This document shows positions 26,360-39,180 of a DNA stretch of 64,000 bases, in pieces. The notes under the pieces are model-generated. The model was given only the letters and a program-made list of their open reading frames with translations. It searched no databases and was not told where the DNA came from. This DNA comes from Laetmonice hystrix. Its lineage: Eukaryota. The stretch lies in the NCBI GenBank assembly GCA_965235115.1, contig OZ249436.1, forward strand, positions 23,376,001 through 23,440,000. The letters are read 5' to 3'. The stretch's first letter is position 1, and every line of letters begins with the position of its first letter. Both the position numbers and the translations under genes were made by a program.

Positions 26360-28752
26360 TGTCAGATGAAATAAGTACTCCCGTGAAATATCTACTCCCC
26401 CAGTACATATTTCATAATGAAAAATGTACTCCCCCTATGAAATCTGTACTCCCATCCTTCATCCCAAGAATAATTTATGTGATTCACTTCAAACGGACAA
26501 CAGACAACTGACAATGCTTATTTCTGTGCCTCAATAAGGTATTGGTGTATTCCAGTGATTGTTAGGTAATTTGCATCTTGCATCTGATTGGTTAAGGTTT
26601 TAGCCCCTAACGACAATGTTTTGGCCTATATCTCGAAAACGGTGTAAGATAGAGTATTAGTTACTATTATTCACACATAGGAAGTCATATATGACCTTTC
26701 ATTTGGCATGGGGTTCTTTGCCCTTGAGCGACCTTGAAAGGTCAGTCGAGGTCACACAAAATTGTCAATGGCCTGTATCTCCTAAACTCTTCAAGATAGC
26801 TACATACCCCCGGTAGTTACTATTAATGATGGATAGGAAGTCCTATATAAAGTTTCACTATTGTTATTGACCTTGACTGAACTTTAGGGGTCAATCAAAG
26901 TAATCCATCTTTCAAAAGGCCTACATCGCCAAAAGTCTCCTAGATAGTCACATAGTAACTATTACTGATGGATAGGAAGTCCTATATAATGTTTCACTAT
27001 TTTCATTGACCTTGATTGAACTTTAGGGGTCAGTTATGGTAATGCATCTTGCCAGAGGCCAAAAGTCTTCAAGGTAGCCACATAGTTACTGTTAATGATG
27101 GATAGGAAGTCCTATAATAAAGTTTCACTATTTTCATTGACCTTGACTGAACTTTAGGGGTCAACTAAGGTAATGCATCTTTCCAAAGGCCTATATCGCA
27201 AAAGGTATTAAAGATAGCCACATAGTTAATATTAATGATGGATAGGAAGTCATAAATAAAGTTTCATTCGAGACCATTTCCACTGACCTTGACTAACCTG
27301 CAAAGGTCAATCAAGGTCATGCATCTTTTTAAGGGGCTATCTCGCCAAAACTATTCAAGACAATGACAAAGTTACTCTTAATGATGGGCAGAAAGTCCTA
27401 TATACTTTCATTTTACGCTATTTTCAGTGACCTTGACTGGAGCTTGACCTTGACCTTGAAATAGGTCAATTAATCTCTACGGAAAAGGTACACCCAGTAC
27501 ATATTTCATATGAAAAAGGTACTCCCCCAGTAGATATACTCTATGGAAAGGGTACACCCGGTACATTTTTAATATGAAAATGATACCCCCACCTCAGTAC
27601 ATTGTATAGGCTCTATGGAAACGGTACACCCAATACATACTTCATATGACAAAGGTACTCTCCCAGTACATAGGCTCTATGGAAACGGTACACCCAGTAC
27701 ATTTTACATATGAAAAAGGTACTCCCCCAGTACATAGGCGCATTGAAAGGGCACCCCAGTACATATTTAATATGAAATAGGTACTCCCCCAGTACATAGG
27801 CTCTCTGGAAAGGGTACCCCCAGTACATATTTCATATGAAATAGGTACTCCCCCAGTACATAGGCTCTATGGAAACGGTACACCCAGTACCTATTTCATA
27901 TGAAAAAGGTACTCCCCCCAATGCATAGGCTCTCTGGATAGGGTTCCCCCAGTACATATTTCATATGAAAAAGGTACTCGCCCAGTACATAGGTGCATTG
28001 AAAGGGCACCCCCAGTACATATTTAATATGAAATACTATAGGTACTCCCCGAGTACATAGGCTCTCTGGATAGGGTACCCCCAGTACCTATTTCATATGA
28101 AAAAGGTACTCCCCCAGTACATAGGCTCTCTGGTTAGGGTACCCCCAGTACATATTTAATATGAAGTAGGTACTCCCCCAGTACATAGGCTCTCTGGATA
28201 GGGTACCCCCAGTACCTATTTCATATGAAAAAGGTACTCCCCAGTACATAGGCTCTCTGGTTAGGGTACCCCCAGTACATATTTAATATGAAATAGGTAC
28301 TCCCCCAGTACATAGGCTCTCTGGATAGGGTACCCCCAGTACATATTACATATGAAAAAGGTACTCCTCCAGTACATAGGCTCTATGGAAACGGTACACC
28401 CAGTACATATTTAATATGAAATAGGTACTCCCCCAGTACATAGGCCCGATGGATAGGGTACCCCCAGTACATATTTAATATGAAATAGGTACTCCCCCAG
28501 TACCCTAACCAGAGAGCCTATGTCCTAGGGGAGTACCTTTTTCATATGAAATATGTACTACTGGGGGAGTACATATTTCATAAGGGGAGTAACTTTTTCA
28601 TATGAAATATGTACTGGGGGAGTACATATTTCATATGAAATATGTACGGGGGAGTACATATTTCATATGAAATATGTACTGGGGAGTACATATTTCATAT
28701 GAAATATGTACTGGGGAGTACTTTCTCCACGCAGTACAAATTTAATATGACA
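26360..28752. mobile_element. Ginger1-like non-autonomous transposon filled with tandem arrays
   Basis: TGTCA...TGACA termini with CCGG on both sides (26356-26359, 28753-28756). Absent from the paralogous unit near 30635. Contains ~120-bp HINE cores (26600-27470) and a ~59-bp CCCCAGTACAT array (27478-28740) whose last part is inverted. Confidence 0.75.
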
Positions 28753-31700
28753 CCGGCCTCAGAGCAGGCGGTTTGTGTATTCAGAGATGCTAACCGTCAG
28801 AGGGTAAAAATATTATTGTGGAGACTATACCCATTAAAACTTACAATTCTGGCCACATTACCTATCCAAGAAAAGAACTAAACAATCAGTGGTATACCTG
28901 AATCTATACACTTTGTAACTGTTATATTTGTAGATGGCTAACATACACACGTTTCAAGATAGAGCCTGTCAACGTCAGATTACAAATTTCATCATAAATA
29001 AAAACATATTGGTAAATTTATGCAAAATTATCGGCATCATGAACAATTGACACGGATAGGCCTAGGGGGCCTATCAAAAAGCGCCCTGCCATGTCAGTGT
29101 CACACAAGTCCAATGAGTGTGAATGTCATCCACACCAGGCTTTTGACTCAGGCTGAAACGAAGTGCAACTGACCAAAAGTTTAGCATGTCACCTTAATTC
29201 CACAGCCAACAATCAAAGTATTCTGTTATTCAGCTCTCCTCCCATGTAAGATTCAAAAACATATACATTAGACAGTTAGCCTACACCCCCAGTACAAAAC
29301 CACAGTTAATTCAATTATGTCAGTTCTGAATACACATATTCCTCCAACCCCCACCCTCACTGGGACTGTAGTCACAGTAGCAGATCTGTGTATACAGAGA
29401 CCACAACCATCCTAGTGACAAACATTATATTGTGAAGACTATACCCATTAAAACTTGGAATTCTGGCCATATTACCTTTTCAAAAAGAGAACTAAACAAT
29501 CAGTGGTAACTTAAATCTATGTACACTTTGTAATTGTTGTATTTGCATATGGCTATCTTAAATACGTTTCAAGATAGAGCCTGTCAACGTCGGATTACAT
29601 ATTTCATCATAAATAAAAAGATATTGGTAAGTTTATGCAAACAATTATGCAAAGTGACTAATCTTTAATAGGAGCACACATCTAGTGACCAAATATATGA
29701 TTCCTATCTCGTCGAAGCAATTTTAACAAAAAGTGCCAAAATTGCCAAATTTCAAAGTCACATGACTCTCTTAATATAAGTCAAGTTCTTGATTTCTAAA
29801 CGTCCCCATAAAAAGCCACCTTATGAGACTCTTCAGACACACTTTGCCTACACATTGAAAAAATATTGAGGGAGGAGATGCAATCTAAGCTGTTTAAGAT
29901 CTTTGACCTAGATCTCACAAAGGTCAAAGGTCAGAGGTCAAATTCAGGTGCATGACGATTAATGCCCAAGTGCGTAATTAGGAACTATCATCGAGATTGC
30001 TCCTACTTTTCCAGAAATTCAAGAAATGAGCCCTCATTTGAGCAACTTTAACACGTCATAAAACACGTAATATGACGTAATCAGTCAATAGCTGATCATT
30101 TTATTGGATTATCAATGTTCCCTGCAAGTTTCATGACGATATCTTCATAGATAACCGAGATACGGCAAAAGTCTAACCACGGGAATAACTAGAAACTCTG
30201 ATTGCCAAGCAATACAGGTAGGATCCCATTTCCCCAATGGTTTTCTATCATTACCTACATTTTTCTCTACTTCAATTTCACTGTGCTGTGATTCATCCAA
30301 CTCTGGAACCATCCACACCAACCTGCTGGCTCACTCAACCAAGGGCAGAGCTGGCCAAGAGTTCTGTTGTAACTTCAAGAAGACCGGTTAATATAGGCCT
30401 AATCTTTTATTCCACTCTCCTCCAATATAAGATTCAAGAATATAATATACTCTTCCAATATAAGATTCAAGAATATGATACATGTATCTTATACAGTTAC
30501 ACCCACAGTTATAAATACAAAGGCCCAGCTATTCAATTAAGTCTGTTCCCAGCAAGCGTCCGTCAACGCACCCTGACACCCCGACCTTATCAGCAGCAGT
30601 TACGTAACCCTGCCAACACGGGGCTGGGAGAGGCGGCCGGCGGCGGTTTGTGTATTCAGAGATGCTAACCGTCAGAGGGTAAAAATATTATTGTGGAGAC
30701 TATACCCATTAAAACTTACAATTCTGACCATATTACCTTTCCGAGAAAAGAACTAAACGATCAGCGGTATACCTGACTCTATACACTTTGTAACTGTTAT
30801 ATTTGTAGATGGCTATCATACACACGTTTGAAGATAGAGCCTGTCTACGTCAGATTACATATTTCATCATAAATAAGAAAATATTGGTAAATTTATGCAA
30901 AAAGTTATGCAAAGTGACCAATCTTTAATAGGAGCACACATCCAGTGACCAAATATATGATTCCTATCTCGTTGAAGCAATTTTAGCAAAAAGTGCCAAA
31001 AGTGCCAAATTTCAAAGTCACGTGACTCTTAATATAGGTCAAATTCCTGACTTCAAATCGTTTCAATAAAGAGCCACCTTATGAGACTCTTCAGACACAC
31101 TTTTTCTACATATTGCAAAATATTGAGGGAGGAGATGCAATTTAAGATGTTTAACATCTTTGACCTAGATCTCACAAAGGTCAAAGGTCAGAGGTCAAAT
31201 TCAGGTGCATGCCGATTAATGCCCAAGTGCCTAATTAGGAACTATCATGGAGATTGCTCCTACCTTTCCAGAAGTTCAAGAAATGAGCCCTCCTTTGAGC
31301 AACTTTAACACGACATAAGTCATTGACGTGACGTCATATGACGTAATCAGTCAATAGCTGAACTTTTTTGTGGATGATCAATGTTTTCTGCAAGTTTCAT
31401 GACGATACCATCATAGATAACCGAGATACAGCAAAAGTCTAACTACCGGAATAACTAGAAACTCTGATTGCCAAGCAATACAGGTAGGATCCTATTTCCC
31501 CAATGGTTTTCTATCATTACCTACATTTTTCTCTCCTTTAATTTGACTGTCCTGTGATTCCGCCAACTGTTCCACAGGTATACTTGACACTGCCGTGCCG
31601 ACATTACCTCTGGAGGTTATTTTCATTTACATGGAATTTACTAAGTACCCCTTTGACAATTATGAAATAGTATAGTCCTTAAACCTGTTATCGGCATCAT

Positions 31701-34700
31701 GAACAATTGACACGGATAGGCCTACGGGGCCTATCAAAAAGCGCCCTGCCAGCTCAGTGTCACACAAGGCCAATGGGTGTGAATGTCATCCACACCAGGC
31801 TTTTGACTCAGATTGAAACGAAGTGCAACTGACCAAAAGTTTAGCATGTCACCTTAATTCCACAGCCAACAATCAAAGTATTCGTTTATTCAGCTCTCCT
31901 CCCATGTAAGATTCAAAAACATATACATTAGACAGTTAGCCTACACCCCCAGTTCAAAAACCACAGTTAATTCAATTATGTCAGTTCTGAATACACATAT
32001 TCCTCCAACCCCCACCCTGACTGTGAGGCAAGGGGAAGTATCCAAAAACATGTATTAGACAGAACCTACAGTTTAGAGGCACAGCTAATTCAGTAATGTC
32101 AGTTTGGAATACACATAGGCTATTCCTCCAACCACATCCTGACCGGCGGCCGCGTCACAGTAGGAGATCTGGGCCGACCCGGACCTTATCAGCAGCAGTT
32201 ACGTAACGCTACCGCCCTCGGGTGGCTGTTCACAGCCGGTGGTCTTGTATACGCAGACAGCCGACCGTCCACAGTGATAAACATTTTATTGTGAAGACTA
32301 TACCGATTATAACTTATAATTCTGACCATATTACCTTTCCAAGAAAAGAACTAAACGATTAGTGGTATACCTGACTCTATACACTTTATAACTGTTATAT
32401 TTGTTGATGGCTATCATACACACGTTTCAAGATAGAGACTGTCTACGTCAGATTACATATTTCATCATAAATACAAAATTATTGGTCGATTTATGAAAAT
32501 AATTAGACAAAGCGACCAATCCTTTATAGATGCACACATCTAGTGACCAAATACATGATTCCTATCTCATTGAAGCAATTTGAGCAAAAAGTGACAAAAG
32601 TGACAAATTTTAAAGTCACGTGACTCTCTTAATATAGGTCAAATTCCTGACTTCAAACCGTTTCAATAAAGAGCCACCTTATGAGACTCTTCAGACACAC
32701 TTTGGCTACATATTGCAAAATATCTAGGGAAGAGATGCAATTTAAGCTGTTTAACATCTTTGACCTAGATCTCACAAAGGTCAAAGGTCAGAGGTCAAAT
32801 TTAGGTGCATGACGATTAATGCCTAAGTGCCTAATTAGGAACTATCATGGAGATTGCTCCTACTTTTTCAGAAATTCAAGAAATGAGCCCTCCTTTGAGC
32901 AACTTTAACACGTCATAAGTCATTGACGTGACGTCATATGACGTAATCAGTCAATAGTTGATCAGTTTAGGTCATGATCAATGTTCCCTGCAAATTTCAT
33001 CACGATACCTTCAGAGATAACCGAGATATGGCCATAGTCTAACCACGTGAATAATCATAAGAAGAAGAAGAAGAATAGTGTAGACGAAACCAAGTGATTT
33101 CAAAATCCCATTTCCCCCTTCGGGGGGAAATGGGATAATCAGAAGAAGAAGAAGAATAGTGTAGACGAAACCAAGTGATTTTAAAATCCCATTTCCCCCT
33201 TCGGGGGGGAAATGGGATAACTAGAAACTCTGATTGCCAAGCAATACAGGTAAGATCCCATTTCCCCAATGGTTTTCTATCATTACCTACATTTTACTTC
33301 CCTTTAATTTGACTGTTATTCAGCTCTCATTCAAAAACGTATGCATTAGACAGTTACACCTGCTGTTCAAAACCACAGCAAATTCAGTTATGTCAGTTCT
33401 GAATACACAGTCATATTCCTCCAACCCCACCCTGAGTGCAAGGGGAGGTAAGGGGGATTATTCACGACCGACGGGCTTACCGGCGGGCCCTAAGATAGTC
33501 TATCCACATCAATCTGCTGGCTCACTAAACCAAGGACAGCTGGCCAAGAGTTGTCTTGTAAATTCAAAAAGACAGCCTTCATCAGAGTTTTGTTTTATTG
33601 CTCTCCTTCAATATAAGATTCAAGAACATGTGTATTAGACAGTTACACTCTACAGCTCTAAAGCAGGGCTAATTCAGCTGGGTTTGTTCTGGACAGATTC
33701 CAACCCCACGCTGACTCGGAGGACCGGGGAGTCGACACCAGCGGCCCTTATCAGCACCAATTACATGTACATAACTCTCTGCCGGCCTGGCTCTCTGGCC
33801 AGGCGGACCTCGCAGCGGGCGATCTGTGTATACAGAGACCACAACCATCCTAGTGACAAACATTATATTGTGCAGACTATACCGATTAAAACTTGGAATT
33901 CTGGCCATATTACCTTTTCAAAAAGAGAACTAAACAGTCAGTGGTAACTTAAATCTATACACTTTGTAATTGTTGTATTTGCATATGGCTATCTTAAATA
34001 CGTTTCAAGGTAGAGCCTGTGAACGTCAGATTACATATTTCATCATAAATAAAAAAGTATTGGTAAATTTATAAAAAGAAATATGCAAAATGACCAATCT
34101 TTAATAGGAGCACACATATAGTGACCAAATATATGATTCTATGATAATTTATGCAAAAAATTATGCAAAGTGACCAATCTTTACTAGGAGCACACATCTA
34201 GTGACCAAATATATAATTCCTATCTCGTTGAAGCAATTTGAGCAAAAAGTGACAAAAGTGACAAATTTTAAAGTCACGTGACTCTCTTAATATAGGTCAA
34301 ATTCCTGACTTCAAACCGTTTCAATAAAGAGCCACCTTATGAGACTCTTCAGACACACTTTGGCTACATATTGCAAAATATCTAGGGAATATGCCTAAGT
34401 GCCTAATTAGGAACTATCATAGAGATTGCTCCTACTTTTCCAGATATTGAAGAAATGAGCCCTCATTTGAGGAAATTTAACAGGTCATTCGGGGGGGGGG
34501 GGAATGGGATAATCAGAAAAAGAAGAAGAAGAAGAAGAAGAAGAAGAAGAAGAATAGTGTAGACGAAACCGAGTGATTTCAAAATCCCATTTCCCCCTTC
34601 GGGGGGGGGGGGATAATCAGAAGAAGAAGAAGAAGAATAGTGTAGACGAAACCAAGTGATTTCAAAATCCCATTTCCCCCTTCGGGGGGATGGGATAATT

Positions 34701-34762
34701 ATATGCTGATGATACAGTTGCATATTCCAGCGCTGAGAGTATTGAAGTCGCAGCAGTTAACC

Positions 34763-36402
34763 GTCAAAAATATCTTTGACCTGCCTCTACCTTGGACTGT
34801 ACCTGATCATTATGTAATGTTTCATGCAAGATTATGTTGTTATCGTCAACTGTTTTAAAGATCCAGGCTATTGAAAATCTGCATGACCTTGATTGACCTT
34901 TCAAGGTCGCTCAAGGTCATGGAAAATGGCGCCAAATGAAACTTCATATATGACTTCCTATCTATCAATAATAGTAACTATTGCGTCATCTTGCACCGTT
35001 TTCGAGATATAAGCCAAAACAGTGTCATTGTGGGGGGTCAAGAAACAAATATGGCCGCCATGTCGCCATTTTGAATCTGAATTGAAATTGTATTGCTATG
35101 CATATTGGCCATCATTATGCCTCCTCCCTGGACCAGGTTTGAAAGAAATCGTGACTGTTTTGGCTGAGATATTGATGAAAATGTGTTTACATCCAAGATG
35201 GCCGCCAAACGGCCATTTTGAATGATATCAAAAATCTGTTCGACGTGCGTCATAGTCAGATCATCCCTGATCATTGTGTGAAGTTTCAAAGAAATCGACC
35301 CATACACCTCTGAGAAATCGCTGTCTACGGACATACGAACGTGCGTACATACGGCAGAACAAGCATGTGTCAAGGGGGTATTCCCGGAATTCCCCTCCTG
35401 ACGTCACTATTCAGTTCATTCAACTGGTTCCCGGTTGTCTTACCCAGGGTCGACGAGGAACGAGTTTCAAATATGTAACGATTTTGATTTTCTTCAACGA
35501 TGCACTTTATGAAACGGAACCGACGATATATCGTAACGATTATCGTTCCTGCTACGATTTTTTAAGAATTATCGTTCTTTTTTGGTCGTGGTTTATGAAA
35601 CAGAGCCCAGGGGTTGTCGTAGGATAATATAAAGGCGCGAAATGAGTGAATTTTGGCGGAATTTTACTACAACCGTCAATTATGGAGGAGAGAAGGAGGC
35701 GTCGGTGGTTCTTCCCACGAATGAACCCAATTAATAGGTTTGACGGCGACTTATTCTGGAAACGGTATCGGCAAGGAGTCAGTGATCGCCCTTTCAAGAA
35801 CGAAAACATATGCCGTTTTGCTCAACGTCCAGAGACCCAAGAGGCGGGGGGGGGGGGGATAACTGCCCAAGAACGAGTAAGTATCATCCATATAGTCAAA
35901 GCTTGAATTTGTGTAAAGAACCTAACATTTATTCAAAATTTTCAAATTACATGTATTTAGAAATAAGTAGGACTGTGGTATACTTCTTAAATAGGGCAAT
36001 TCCTCTTTTAAGAGGAATTGCCCTATTTAAGAAAACTAACTCACTAAAAATAGGTTAATTACCCCTTCCTCATTTTGCAGATGTGTTTGGCCCTGTGCTA
36101 CTACGCGACAGGGCCCAACAACAGCGTTCTGGGCGACCTCCAAGGCGTTAGCAAGTCCACCGGATAATAAGCACTAAGTTTTAGTACTAGCCCTAGCTAT
36201 AGTATCTACTATAGGTCTATACGGTGTAGTGTTTTCCATTAAGCAGAGATACTTACTCGCCCAACTATTTTTTTAGGCCTACCATATCATACCAGTCCAT
36301 AATAAAAAAAATCGCAACCACGTTTTGGATTGAGAAAACGAAACATTTAGGCGTACGCTATGAAACAAATTAAGCCTATATGAAAAATTACATTCTGGGG
36401 TA
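34763..36402. repeat. ~1.7-kb direct repeat, copy B
   Basis: Colinear with 21279-23020. Confidence 0.9.
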
Positions 36403-36429
36403 TTCATTAAACGTTATACTATTACAGCT

Positions 36430-38335
36430 CAGGGTCGTATAAACTCGCCTGACTGTAGTGATCAGGCCCCTATATACCCCTCATGAGTGTTGTGGTTAGG
36501 CCCTATATACCCCACATGACTGTATTTTTCTTTTGAAATGCACGGGCATCACGGGTAACCCAATTACTTTGACAATGTCCCTAAAGAGAAAAGTTGTATA
36601 GTCCTCTTCAGGAATCGAACCCCGGCCCCAAGATTACTTCACCCATTCGCATAGCATAAAGTGTCGACACCCATGCCCACTCGGCCACCGCAACTCCCCT
36701 AAAAAGGAGCTTTGGTGGTCGAGCAGGACAATGGACCTTCCCCCCTACACACATCTTCCGAAATGAGACGGAATCCATATTTTCCTAGATAGAGCTACAC
36801 ATGATTTCTACCGAACATTGACTGTTAAGGTAATCCTGGCACTGGCGTAGACTGTATTTTTCTTTTGAAATGCACGGGCATCACGGGTAACCCAATTACT
36901 TTGACAATGTCCCTAAAGAGAAAAGTTGTATAGTCCTCTACAGGAATCGAACCCCGGCCCCAAGATTACTGCACCCATTCGCATAGCATAAGGTGTCGAC
37001 ACCCATGCCCACTCGGCCACCGCCACTCCCCTAAAAAAGGAGCTTTGGTGGTCGAGCAGGACAATGGAATCAGGCGTAACCCAATTACTTTGACAATGTC
37101 CCTAAAGAGAAAGGTTGTATAGTCCTCTACAGGAATCGAACCCCGGCCCCAAGATTACTGCACCCATTCGCATAGCATAAGGTATCGACGCCGTGATTAG
37201 GTCCCTATATACCTCACGTGACTGTATTTTTCTTTTGAAATGCACGGGCATCAGGGGTAACCCAATTACTTTGACAATGTCCCTAAAGAGAAAAGTTGTA
37301 TAGTCCTCTACAGGAATCGAACCCAGGCCCTAAGATTACTGCACCCATTCGCATAGCATAAGGTGTCGACTGTAGTGATTAGGCCCCTATATATCCATCC
37401 TGACTGTAGTGGTTAGGAATCTATATAACTCGCCTGACTGTATTTTTCTTTTGAAATGCACGGGCATCAGGGGTAACCCAATTACTTTGACAATGTCCCT
37501 AAAGAGAAAAGTTGTATAGTCCTCTACAGGAATCGAACCCAGGCCCTAAGATTACTGCACCCATTCGCATAGCATAAGGTGTCGACATCCATGCCCACTA
37601 GGCAGTGATCAGGCCCCTATATACCCCTCATGAGTGTTGTGGTTAGGCCCTATATACGCCACCTGCCTGTATTTTTCTTTTTGAAATGCACGGGCATCAG
37701 GGGTAACCCAATTACTTTGACAATGTCCCTAAAGAGAAAAGTTGTATAGTCCTCTACAGGAATCGAACCCAGGCCCTAAGATTACTGCACCCATTCGCAT
37801 GTGATTAGGTCCCTATATACCCCGCCTGACTGTATTTTTCTTTTGAAATGCACGGGCATCAGGGGTAACCCAATTACTTTGACAATGTCCCTAAAGAGAA
37901 AAGTTGTATAGTCCTCTACAGGAATCGAACCCCGGCCCTAAGATTACTGCACCCATTCGCATAGCATAAGGTGTCGACATCCATGCCCACTAGGCCACCG
38001 CCACTCCCGTGATTAGGAACTTATATACCCCACCTGACTGTAGTGATTATGAACCTATATACGCCACCTTCCTGTGGTGATTAGGGCCCTGTATACCCCA
38101 GCTGACTGTAGTGATTAGGTCCCTCTATATAGCCTGACTGTAGTGGTTAGAAACCTATATAACCCACCTGCCCTGTATTTTTCTTTTGAAAATGCACGGG
38201 CATCAGGGGTAACCCAATTACTTTGACAATGTCCCTAAAGAGAAAAGTTGTATAGTCCTCTACAGGAATCGAACCCAGGCCCTAAGATTACTGCACCCAT
38301 TCGCATAGCATAAGGTGTCTGGAGTGATTAGGTGC
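36430..38335 (-). mobile_element. 34-bp minisatellite carrying eight copies of a tRNA-like (SINE-like) element
   Basis: Minisatellite unit ~GTGATTAGGCCCCTATATACCCCACCTGACTGTA. Eight GGAATCGAACC (minus-strand B box GGTTCGATTCC); A box TGGCCGAGTGG in the longer copies. Confidence 0.75.
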
Positions 38336-38727
38336 AACCTCTTCACTCTAGGCCTAATATCAAGCCACTCAGGCAGTGACTGACCATGGACTGACGTTAT
38401 ATAGGCCTATTTAAATAGGCCTATCCCATGGGGGTCCAGTGCCCTCTTTCGGAAAACAGATCACCACATCCTCAGCTGACCAATATGATTGCCCATCTCT
38501 AATACTTCAAAAAAAAAAGTTCTGGCTACGGGCCTGAATCCGTTGTATTTATGGGTCTAAAGCTGGCCACACATGCAGATAAGGGCATGTGAAAAGAAAG
38601 CTGTAACATGATCGTGTATGTGCGACTGTTTGCTCAAACAGGGCCTTGTAACACCTTCAGACCTCGACCCCGCTAGCCAATGTGCTGTTGTCTCAACCTG
38701 ATTGACAGGTCACACCTTGGCAACAAT

Positions 38728-39180
38728 AGGTGACCAAGCCCTGAATCCAGGTCCCATATAATGGATAGACTCCCACCTATAAGGTGAACAGGGCTGGGGT
38801 GTTGGTCGATATCTAGGTGACCAAGCCCTGAATCCAGGTCCCATATAATGGATAGACTCCCACCTAGTATAAGGTGAACAGGGCTGGGGTGTTGGTCGAT
38901 ATAGGTGACCAAGCCCTGAATCCAGGTCCCATAATAGATAGACTCCCACCTATAAGGTGAACAGGGCTGGGGTGTTGGTCGATATAGGTGACCAAGCCCT
39001 GAATCCTGGTCCCATGGCATATAATGGATAGAGTCCCAACTATAAGGTGAACAGGGCTCGGGTATTGGTCGATATAGCTGACCAAGCCCCGAATCCAGGT
39101 CCCATATAGGCCTACCCCCACCTACAAGGTGACCAGGCCTCGGGTATTGGTCGATTTAGCTGACCAAGTCCTGAATCCTG
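38728..39180. repeat. ~75-80-bp tandem repeat, ~6 copies
   Basis: Repeated TGACCAAGCCCTGAATCCAGGTCCCAT...AAGGTGAACAGGGCT. Confidence 0.92.

Larger units (their letters stand above)
25719..34698 (-). mobile_element. Head-to-tail concatemer of four Helentron/HINE-like units
   Basis: Units begin on + with AACTAGAAACTCTGATTGCCAAGCAAT at 25719, 30187, 31453 and 33219, which is a minus-strand hairpin plus CTAGTT 3' end. Sub-terminal ATCCCATTTCCCC. (AAG)n and ATCCCATTTCCCC-TTC-GGGGGAAATGGGAT hairpins at 33060-33220 and 34490-34698. Confidence 0.7.

Noticed and set aside
36600..36700. Functional tRNA genes here and at 42045-42142
   Set aside because: A and B boxes are present but I could not build an acceptor stem or anticodon arm. 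Treated as tRNA-derived repeats; tRNAscan-SE would decide.
36430..38335. CRISPR-like alternation of repeats and spacers
   Set aside because: The 'spacers' are copies of one another, unit lengths are irregular, there are no cas genes and the context is eukaryotic.
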